Source: a bacterium | Lineage (GTDB): Bacteria > Bacteroidota > Ignavibacteria > UBA10030 | DNA length: 64,000 nucleotides | Assembly: GCA_043803945.1 (NCBI GenBank) | Contig: JAZDJN010000016.1 | Span: 128,001 to 192,000, forward strand | Reading direction: 5' to 3' | The notes under the pieces: generated by a model | What the model was told of the DNA's origin: nothing | Databases searched by the model: none | Seen by the model: only the letters and a program-made list of their open reading frames with translations | Position numbers and translations under genes: made by a program | Part shown: positions 19,333-27,039 of the stretch, piece by piece | How the letters are laid out: every line of letters starts with the position of its first letter | Position numbering within the stretch: position 1 is the stretch's first letter

Positions 19333-19779
19333 TTATTCTTTTCCGCCAGTTCTGGCGGCATTTAAAAATGCATCCCGGACAAAATCGGCCGCATTTGTCA
19401 TAAACGTTTCCGGAATTCCTTTTTTAAATTGTTCGAACATAAACGGAGTGCCGCCGGCAGAAATCGAAAGATTCGGATTGATGATAATCATGCGAGTTGC
19501 TCCTCCGCATTTCAAGAGAACGGAACCCTTCACCACTGGAAATGTCGTTTCAATAATCGGCTCAACTGTCACCGGAACATTGAGGATATGCATCGTGCTA
19601 ATATCCTCACCCTGTGCTTCCACATTCTGGGCTTTCAAAAAGATAATGCTTTCGGAAATGCATTTCCGTGCCTGGGCAGCAATCTCATTGGCAACCCCTG
19701 TCAACTTCTCTCGCTCGGCCACAAATTTATTCCACTCTTTGACAGTATTGACAAGAAGAGTCTTTGATGCTTCGTTCAT
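19333..19779 (-). CDS. Hypothetical protein (148 aa) immediately upstream of uvrB
   Basis: Purine-rich RBS (AAGGGGGA), protein-like composition, 24-bp gap to uvrB. No recognised motif. Confidence 0.6.
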   Translation of the reverse strand: MNEASKTLLVNTVKEWNKFVAEREKLTGVANEIAAQARKCISESIIFLKAQNVEAQGEDISTMHILNVPVTVEPIIETTFPVVKGSVLLKCGGATRMIIINPNLSISAGGTPFMFEQFKKGIPETFMTNAADFVRDAFLNAARTGGKE

Positions 19780-19936
19780 TGATGGATCCCCCTTTCAGAA
19801 CTGTGATTGAATAAGTGAGATGATTGAGATACAATATAGGAGTTGGAAAGACGGTTTTCAAGCAATGCCGACGGACAAACCGTTTCATCCTTGCTTCCCA
19901 ATCCATCCTTTGGTACTTTCAGATCGGATGACGACT

Positions 19937-20272
19937 ATGAAAATAATCAGGTTTTCTACACTTGCCGGTTTTGTGCTCCTTCTCGGAGCGTGTTCTCCCC
20001 AACCTTCTGCGCCATCGAAGGAAGAGCAGCGGCTGATATCCCTTTACACCGATCTCTTGATCCTTCAGGAGCAGAGACTTGCCCAGGCATCACTGCCCGA
20101 TTCGTTCACCTCACAAAAGAAGATACAAGATCTCCTCACAACATCAGGACTGACACAACAGCAGGTGTGCGAACAATTTTTTTCGAGATTGGAAGATCCG
20201 GAAACAGCACGGGAATTTTTCAATCGGATCCAAACTGAGATTGACGGCAGAAGACGGGTTCGGAGAGAGTAA
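19937..20272 (+). CDS. Lipoprotein, DUF4296-like
   Basis: MKIIRF...LLLGAC lipobox; LISLYTDLLIL helical motif. Confidence 0.6.
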   Translation: MKIIRFSTLAGFVLLLGACSPQPSAPSKEEQRLISLYTDLLILQEQRLAQASLPDSFTSQKKIQDLLTTSGLTQQQVCEQFFSRLEDPETAREFFNRIQTEIDGRRRVRRE

Positions 20273-20333
20273 GACGAAGGAGTCTGGCTCGAACGAGCAT
20301 TGTTCATCGCTTCCCTCCCCTTCCACCGGAGAA

Positions 20334-22163
20334 TCAGTTCCCCCTCTTCAAGGTGAAATTGAAGACACTTCCATTTCCTAATTCACTTTCCACCCAGATC
20401 CTTCCCCCATGGGCCTTTATTATTTCACGACAGATCCAGAGGCCAAGCCCAGTTCCTTTGATCTTCGACGCATCACCGTAATCCACCCGTGCGTACTTTT
20501 GGAAAAGCTTATTAACTTGTTCCGGGGGAATGCCTAATCCTTCATCCCGGACGGAAAAGATGACTTCGTCCAGATTATGTTCTAATGGACTTACGCGTAC
20601 TGTGATGACTCCTCCTGCCGGTGAATACTTTACGGCATTCGAAATGAGATTCTGAAGAACCTGACGAAGCTTGTTTTGATCGCCGCGCACATAGGCTGCA
20701 TTGATATCGATCGCATAGTCGAAGGTGTGCCTGCTTGATAACTTGATCATTGAGATTGCTTCGTTGATGATGACCTCAACATTAACTATGGTAAACTGAT
20801 AATTGAGCTGTCCGGATTCAATCTTGGCAATCGAAAGGGTGTCCTCCGCGAGTTTGCTCAGCTTACTTGCCTGATCGACAATAATGGAGAGATATTCCCG
20901 TAACCGGTCATGGGTGGTTGAATCCTCTTTTCGCAGAAGAGACTTTGCAGCGAGCATGATCGTGGAAAGCGGTGTCCGAAAATCATGCGAGACGATGCTC
21001 ACAAAGTCGGTCTTAATCCGATCCAATTCGAGCAGACGCTGGTTGGTTTTTTTGACCTCTTCGAAGAGATGGGCGTTCCGCATGGCACTTCCCATCTGAT
21101 CACACAGTGTTTGAAGCACAACAACATCGGTCTCATCGAATGCGTGAAGCTTCGTATCCTCCACATTCAACACGCCCACAACCTCGGCATCGATTTTAAT
21201 AGGGACGGCAAGCTCGGAGTTTGTGTTATGATAGTTCAAAGAAAGGTAGCGTGGTTCCACAGACACATCATTCACAAGGACATTCTGTTCGTGTTCCGCA
21301 ACCCAACCGATAATTCCTGTACCCATTTTCTGGGAATACCCATGCGGCAGATAATCGATGTAGTTTCCGGAATGCGCCGCCAAGATAAGCTCATTTGCCT
21401 CACGATTAACCAGAAAGATTGTCACATCGAAGTAATGGAAACTTTTCTGTATCGATTCTGCCGCCGATGTTAAAAGCTCATCTATATCCAGGGTGGTGGT
21501 CAGTTTCCCAGCGACATGGTTCACAAGGGCAATCTGGGCGACACGTTTTTGTGCCCGTTCGATCAGTTCCGTGTGACGCAATCCGATGGCAATCTGAAGC
21601 GAAAGCAGTTGCGCTAGCCAAAGATCCGGTTCGTTGTATGCCTCCGGTTTCGAAGAGCCCAGCATCAGAGCACCAATGACCGAAGCGGCCGTCCGGATCG
21701 GAACAACAATCAGCGATCGGATCCCAAGCTCTTTCAGTTTCCCTTCGAGCATCGGATCGAACGATGGCACAGAATTGATATCGACGACAACAGACGAATT
21801 ATTCCTGATCGCCCATCCGGGCATGCCGGTGTCGACAGAACAGTGTTTATGATCAAGTTCAATCGCATCCATCAGCGGCGTCAATGTGCTGATACTGACA
21901 TGGGACTGGTTCTGGCTCAGCAGGGCAATGAGTGCACCTTCACCATGAATGAGCTGTCTCATGGTCTCGCGGAGAATACGAATTATTTCCTCACGGGAAT
22001 GGACCGCTTCGATCTTAAGTGCTAGTTCTCCAAGAATATTCACTCGTGAGCTGAATTCCTGAGCCTCCTGTAAACGCAACCGCATCTCTTCAGGAGTGAG
22101 AAAATTAAGATTTTCGGATGATCGCCAATCTGCTGACATTTTACCGGGTTTAAAATGTTCCAT
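20334..22163 (-). CDS. Cytoplasmic GAF-GAF sensor histidine kinase
   Basis: Two GAF repeats (SLIVVPI; SELAVPI...VLNVED), H-box VSHDFRTPL, NLISNAVKYS, DEGLGI, GTGLGL. Confidence 0.92.
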   Translation of the reverse strand: MEHFKPGKMSADWRSSENLNFLTPEEMRLRLQEAQEFSSRVNILGELALKIEAVHSREEIIRILRETMRQLIHGEGALIALLSQNQSHVSISTLTPLMDAIELDHKHCSVDTGMPGWAIRNNSSVVVDINSVPSFDPMLEGKLKELGIRSLIVVPIRTAASVIGALMLGSSKPEAYNEPDLWLAQLLSLQIAIGLRHTELIERAQKRVAQIALVNHVAGKLTTTLDIDELLTSAAESIQKSFHYFDVTIFLVNREANELILAAHSGNYIDYLPHGYSQKMGTGIIGWVAEHEQNVLVNDVSVEPRYLSLNYHNTNSELAVPIKIDAEVVGVLNVEDTKLHAFDETDVVVLQTLCDQMGSAMRNAHLFEEVKKTNQRLLELDRIKTDFVSIVSHDFRTPLSTIMLAAKSLLRKEDSTTHDRLREYLSIIVDQASKLSKLAEDTLSIAKIESGQLNYQFTIVNVEVIINEAISMIKLSSRHTFDYAIDINAAYVRGDQNKLRQVLQNLISNAVKYSPAGGVITVRVSPLEHNLDEVIFSVRDEGLGIPPEQVNKLFQKYARVDYGDASKIKGTGLGLWICREIIKAHGGRIWVESELGNGSVFNFTLKRGN

Positions 22164-22238
22164 CGTTTCTACGGTTTAACTGACACCTCAGTTACAAAAA
22201 CAGACTTCTTTATGAGAGACACTCTCACCTTACTCCAG

Positions 22239-22787
22239 TCAACCACCGGGCTTATGCCACTCTGTGGCGAGCTTGCAGTAGACAGCATGGTCGATATAAT
22301 GGTCATAAAGCCACTCAGCGCTGCGCGAGTAACCTTCGTATTCAAATCCCAAACGCTTAGGAATCGCACGGCTTCGTTCATTTTCCATTGCACATCGGAT
22401 TTCCAGACGGTGAAGATGCATCGACTGGAACGCATAGTCGACTAAGGCCCTCGTGGACTCCGTCATAATTCCTTTTCCCTGAAGTTCCTCGGCGAGCCAA
22501 TATCCGATATTCGCAGACCGGTTAGCCCAATCGATGCGGTACAATCCTATGATGCCTACGAGCATCCCCTGACGACGGATCCCTGTCTGCAATCCATTCT
22601 TCGACACGGCCTGCTGCATCATATAGTTGATGAAGCTTATCATATCTTCCATTGTCAGCACAGTATCCAACCAAGGCAACCATTGCCGGAGATACAATCG
22701 GTTTGCATCGATGAGTGTGAATAGATCTTCAGCATCCGATTGTTCGAGTGGCTGGAGGAACGTCTGGTCATCCACGGGAATTCTCAT
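22239..22787 (-). CDS. RimL/RimJ-like GNAT acetyltransferase
   Basis: LRQWLPWL, IGYWL...QGKGIMT, ENERSRAIPKRLGF. Confidence 0.88.
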   Translation of the reverse strand: MRIPVDDQTFLQPLEQSDAEDLFTLIDANRLYLRQWLPWLDTVLTMEDMISFINYMMQQAVSKNGLQTGIRRQGMLVGIIGLYRIDWANRSANIGYWLAEELQGKGIMTESTRALVDYAFQSMHLHRLEIRCAMENERSRAIPKRLGFEYEGYSRSAEWLYDHYIDHAVYCKLATEWHKPGG

Positions 22788-22791
22788 AATG

Positions 22792-23265
22792 TCACTCATC
22801 CACAAGAACATCAAACTGAATGACATCGAACGCCCGTCGGGCGTCAAGGAGGGCATAGATCACACCGCAAAAAACGATGAGGATCCCAAACAGGAAAGTC
22901 GCAATGACGACATATTCAAAACCGACTACCGGTGCAAAGAAGCTCAATCCGATCAGCATAGAAGTCAGAATAAAGAGTGCAATCGCACCTGAATAACAAA
23001 TAACCGCATTCCTGACCAGCCTTGCACGGATCATCAAATTGCGGATTTGTTGAATCAGACTTTCGAACCGAAGATTTTCCTCGAATGATTTCTCGGCAGC
23101 CTTCTTAAAAAGTTTCCGTTTTTCTTCGTTCAATAATCGGATGCGTGTCAACACCGCCGTATATTTATTCGAAGTTCCGAGCAGCAATAAGCCGCAGGCA
23201 TTAATCATAACCGCAGGAGCGAGAATGAGTTGAATAAGTTGTATGACAGACAGTTCCTGACCCAT
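22792..23265 (-). CDS. DUF2721-like membrane protein
   Basis: IQLILAPAVMINACGLLLL..SNKY..V..RIR.L pattern; three hydrophobic segments. Confidence 0.75.
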   Translation of the reverse strand: MGQELSVIQLIQLILAPAVMINACGLLLLGTSNKYTAVLTRIRLLNEEKRKLFKKAAEKSFEENLRFESLIQQIRNLMIRARLVRNAVICYSGAIALFILTSMLIGLSFFAPVVGFEYVVIATFLFGILIVFCGVIYALLDARRAFDVIQFDVLVDE

Positions 23266-23286
23266 AAATCACATCGTTCCAATTTG

Positions 23287-24291
23287 TTATTGCCTGGAGA
23301 TCTCTCCAATGATGAAGGGTTTCTCATTTTTCCTTTTCAAGTACCGGACAACGGCATCGGCCTCACGGGGTGACACCATGATGATAATGCCGATACCGAG
23401 GTTGAATGTCTTTCGCATATCAGCTTCGGGAACATTTCCTGTCTGTTGGATGAGTTGAAACAACCAAGGCCTTTCCCACGCTTGCCAATCAATATTCAAC
23501 TTCAACCCTTTTGGTACTACTCTCATCGTATTACCTTCGATACCTCCTCCCGTGATATGTGATAATCCCCTGACGCTAAACTTCGTGAGGAGGGGATAGA
23601 TCGGACTCAAATACGAGCGGTGGACTTGGAGCAACGCCTCACCCAACGTCATATTCATTTCTACAAAATACCGATCGAGTTTTATTCTTTTCAGTAAACC
23701 AGCTCTCGCCAGCGAGTACCCATTGGTGTGTAAACCCGTTGATGGCAAAGCAATTAGAACATCGCGGGGTCGTATCGCTTTTCCCCTGATGATTGATTTC
23801 TGCTCTACCACTCCAACAATTGTGCCAGCAATATCATATTCACCCGCCTTATAGAAACCAGGCATTTCAGCTGTCTCACCGCCGATAAGGGCACAATTAT
23901 TTTCACGACATGCTGTTACGAATCCTGAGATCACGCGCGCAGCAGTCTCCGGAGCGAGCTTTCCAGTTGCAAAATAATCCATGAAGTATAATGGTTTGGC
24001 GCCGCAAACGAGAATATCATTAACGCAATGATTGACAAGATCCTGTCCGACTGTGTTGTGACGATTCATCGCAAATGCGATTTTTAGTTTTGTTCCGACA
24101 CCATCCACACTCGAGACCAACACGGGCTTTTTATACCCTTTAAAATCGGCACGATAAAACGCACCGAACAAACCGATATCGGTTAAGACATTGCTATTGT
24201 ATGTCGAGCGTACATTGTGTTTGATCCGACGCACCAACTCATCGCCGGCCTCAATATCCACGCCAGCCTGTTTATAGGTAAGAGCTTTCAT
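23287..24291 (-). CDS. purM: AIR synthetase
   Basis: YKQAGVDI, DGVGTKL, GGETAEMPG, GLHTNGYSL, HITGGG, TFNLGIG. Confidence 0.97.
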   Translation of the reverse strand: MKALTYKQAGVDIEAGDELVRRIKHNVRSTYNSNVLTDIGLFGAFYRADFKGYKKPVLVSSVDGVGTKLKIAFAMNRHNTVGQDLVNHCVNDILVCGAKPLYFMDYFATGKLAPETAARVISGFVTACRENNCALIGGETAEMPGFYKAGEYDIAGTIVGVVEQKSIIRGKAIRPRDVLIALPSTGLHTNGYSLARAGLLKRIKLDRYFVEMNMTLGEALLQVHRSYLSPIYPLLTKFSVRGLSHITGGGIEGNTMRVVPKGLKLNIDWQAWERPWLFQLIQQTGNVPEADMRKTFNLGIGIIIMVSPREADAVVRYLKRKNEKPFIIGEISRQ

Positions 24292-24504
24292 GGGACTTTG
24301 CTGTTATTGTGTAAATAAAGATACCGGATTTTCCCGCGTTGAACAAGACTATTTTTTCAGAACAATTCTCATCGCAGCATCGAACTCCCCTGAGGGTTGG
24401 TTCGTCTAATCACATTGAATACTGTATGGCGAGGCTGGATCGAGAATTGGACCTTGGCCCCCTGTGATGCGCAGTGAGTGGCACCCGGAGAAGGGATGAA
24501 TTTC

Positions 24505-24533
24505 TTGATAGTGTCTCACCCCTTCTTTATATT
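24505..24533 (+). promoter_or_regulatory. Sigma70-type promoter for the FAH-family gene
   Basis: TTGATA-17 nt-TATATT, ending 30 nt before the ATG at 24563. Confidence 0.6.
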
Positions 24534-24562
24534 GACCTGAGAAATATAAAAACGGGAGCGCT

Positions 24563-25234
24563 ATGCCGTTAGTTCATATTACTGATACCAATGAACATCT
24601 GGAAGTGAAGAAAATTCTTTGTATCGGAAGAAATTATGCCGGCCATGCAAAGGAAATGAACGCCTCAATTCCGGAGAATCCGCTCTTCTTCCTGAAACCG
24701 GCGACGGCCATCATTCACGATGGTGAAACCGTGCGCGTCCCGGAGATTTCAAAAGAAGTACATCACGAAGTGGAGATGCTCGTGTTAATAGGAACGGGCG
24801 GTACCAACATATCCCCTGCGGACTCGCTGCGGCATGTGGCAGGGTACGGAATCGGGCTCGACATGACAATGAGAGATGTGCAGGCCGAAGCCAAGAAAAA
24901 AGGTACGCCATGGACTCTTGCGAAAGGATTCGACACATCCGCTCCTGTCTCAAGCTTCGTTTCCGCTTCCCGGATTCAAAATCCCCATGAGCTTGGTGTG
25001 AAACTCACTGTCAACCGCGCGCCGCGGCAAAACGGGTGTACCGACCAATTCTTATTTAGAATTGAGGAACTCATCGCGTACCTCTCCCGCTTTATCACAC
25101 TTGAACGCGGAGATATCATTTTCACCGGCACACCTGAAGGCGTCGCTCAGACAGTCTCGGGCGATGAACTGCACGCAGAACTCTCCCTGCCATCCGGCGA
25201 GGTTCTTTCTTCTTTGACGGTACGCGTTCAATAA
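24563..25234 (+). CDS. Fumarylacetoacetate hydrolase family protein
   Basis: CIGRNYAGHAKE, FLKP, HHEVE, GLDMTMRD, AKGFD, IFTGTPEG. Confidence 0.92.
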   Translation: MPLVHITDTNEHLEVKKILCIGRNYAGHAKEMNASIPENPLFFLKPATAIIHDGETVRVPEISKEVHHEVEMLVLIGTGGTNISPADSLRHVAGYGIGLDMTMRDVQAEAKKKGTPWTLAKGFDTSAPVSSFVSASRIQNPHELGVKLTVNRAPRQNGCTDQFLFRIEELIAYLSRFITLERGDIIFTGTPEGVAQTVSGDELHAELSLPSGEVLSSLTVRVQ

Positions 25235-25239
25235 CCCGG

Positions 25240-25623
25240 TTGATGATGAAGAAATTTATTCGATTTCTCCATACCTATCGTAATGCCTTGCTGGCCTGGC
25301 TCGGTATGGCAATCCTGATCGAGATCGGGATAGTCTTGAGCATCGATAAAAGTGCAATTGCCTTTGCTGTTGTGCTCCTCGGCCTCATCGGTCATGCGTT
25401 TACCGCCTTGATTGTTTGGATCGGACTTGTTCCGGTCGTGGGACCGATAGCCGCTCAGATTCTGACGATGCCATTCATTTGGATATTGAATGGAATAGGC
25501 TATGTGGCTTCCGTCATCGCGATTAAAAGAGGGTATTCGAAAGATGTCTTGAATTATCGCATCATCACGATAACCTTGTTGGTGGGGATCACGCTCGGCT
25601 ACATCCTCGGAAAACTCATTTAA
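25240..25623 (+). CDS. Hypothetical membrane protein
   Basis: About four hydrophobic segments; operon-like spacing to both neighbours. Confidence 0.7.
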   Translation: MMMKKFIRFLHTYRNALLAWLGMAILIEIGIVLSIDKSAIAFAVVLLGLIGHAFTALIVWIGLVPVVGPIAAQILTMPFIWILNGIGYVASVIAIKRGYSKDVLNYRIITITLLVGITLGYILGKLI

Positions 25624-25645
25624 CAAACTGAAAGAAAGACAAGCC

Positions 25646-26806
25646 ATGTTCACACACCTCTTGCTTGCCCTCGTGATGAGTATCAATCCGGTGAATTCCA
25701 AGGATGCCCATAGAGAAAAGCTTACTGACCGGGAGAAAATAAATATCGATCTTCTGTACGCTCCATTCGACAACCTAAAGACTGATGTAAGTGATTATCG
25801 GTGGCCAATCAATGTCTCAAACGAAATTACATCGAACTTCGGAGATTACAGGGCAACCCATTTACATTGCGGCATAGATATTTCTACCAATGGTGAGAAG
25901 GGACATCCTGTCTTTGCCTCGCGGGATGGAGAGATTTTCAGGATTCGCGTCTCCCACCGCGGCTATGGTAAGATGCTCTATATCCGCCATGCCGATGGAT
26001 TCGTCACAACCTATGCTCATCTCCAAAAATTCGACGATGAAATCGATCGCTATGTAAAAAAGGTTCAGAAGCAAACACGACGATATACCTTCGATCTCCG
26101 ATCCGATATTTCCCTCTTCACAGTCTCGAAAGGTGAAGTAATTGCCTACTCCGGAGACACCGGCATCGGCGGGGTCCACCTCCATTTCGAAGTCCTGGAT
26201 TCCTTAATGAACCCGATCAACCCCCTCCTGTTTCCTCAGCTCGCCGAAGCGCTCGCAGACACTGTACCTCCGATTTTTTCCAATATCGCTTTAACACCCC
26301 TTAGAAAAAACACAACCATCCAGGGAAAACAAGCTCAACGACTTCTTGCCGTGAAACGCCTCACGAGCGGCGAATATACTATTCCCGGTCTGTTGGCGAT
26401 GAATGGATCAATCGGAATAGCCGCGCGAGTTACCGATCATTCAAACATCCTGAAACATCAAATTGGTCCATACCGATTTGAAGTCTATCTGGATGATGAA
26501 CTGACCTTCACTTCTGAAAAAAAACAAATCTCCGATGAAGCTGTTCACCAGGTAGACATGGCATTCGATAAAAAGCTTTCACGTCTCAAAAAAAATGGGC
26601 GCTATGATAAGCTCTATATTGAGAATGGCAACAAACTCCCATTCTACGATCGACTACCGGAGGGTTCGGGGATCATCAACACCTCGGAATATCCAGACGG
26701 CCTCCATGAGATAAAGATTGTTGCTGCTGATGTCTCGGGGAATTCCTCCACGCTGCGTATGCCTGTCCGCTTCACTCAACCCGCTTCCCAGAAAAAGGGA
26801 AAGTAA
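25646..26806 (+). CDS. M23 family metallopeptidase, exported
   Basis: HCGID (HxxxD), GYGK, YAHL, SGDTG...HLHFE. Confidence 0.9.
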   Translation: MFTHLLLALVMSINPVNSKDAHREKLTDREKINIDLLYAPFDNLKTDVSDYRWPINVSNEITSNFGDYRATHLHCGIDISTNGEKGHPVFASRDGEIFRIRVSHRGYGKMLYIRHADGFVTTYAHLQKFDDEIDRYVKKVQKQTRRYTFDLRSDISLFTVSKGEVIAYSGDTGIGGVHLHFEVLDSLMNPINPLLFPQLAEALADTVPPIFSNIALTPLRKNTTIQGKQAQRLLAVKRLTSGEYTIPGLLAMNGSIGIAARVTDHSNILKHQIGPYRFEVYLDDELTFTSEKKQISDEAVHQVDMAFDKKLSRLKKNGRYDKLYIENGNKLPFYDRLPEGSGIINTSEYPDGLHEIKIVAADVSGNSSTLRMPVRFTQPASQKKGK

Positions 26807-26978
26807 GTTCCAGCAAAGTGTTTCTTTATCGGAAATTAGCTCTCTCTCACTCGTTGATTTCAATCAAGTTTTTTTGTTTATTGAGATGAGCGCTTTCATC
26901 GATTGCGGTTAAGTGCAACGTGAGCACAAATTGGAACGGGCGGAGATTTAACAATTGAGCTGTGCTTCTGGACCGCTG

Positions 26979-27007
26979 GGTAGCTTTTTCTGGCTACCTT
27001 TTTCTTT
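26979..27007 (+). terminator. Intrinsic terminator-like hairpin upstream of valS
   Basis: GGTAGC-8 nt loop-GCTACC followed by TTTTTCTTT, ending 32 nt before the valS start. Confidence 0.6.
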
Positions 27008-27039
27008 AACTGATAACATTAATAGGATTTTATAACCGG

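Noticed and set aside
26885-27007. T-box or SRP RNA upstream of valS
   Set aside because: Lacks the T-box GGTGGNACC motif and the SRP helix-8 CAGG..GGAA..AGCAG motif.
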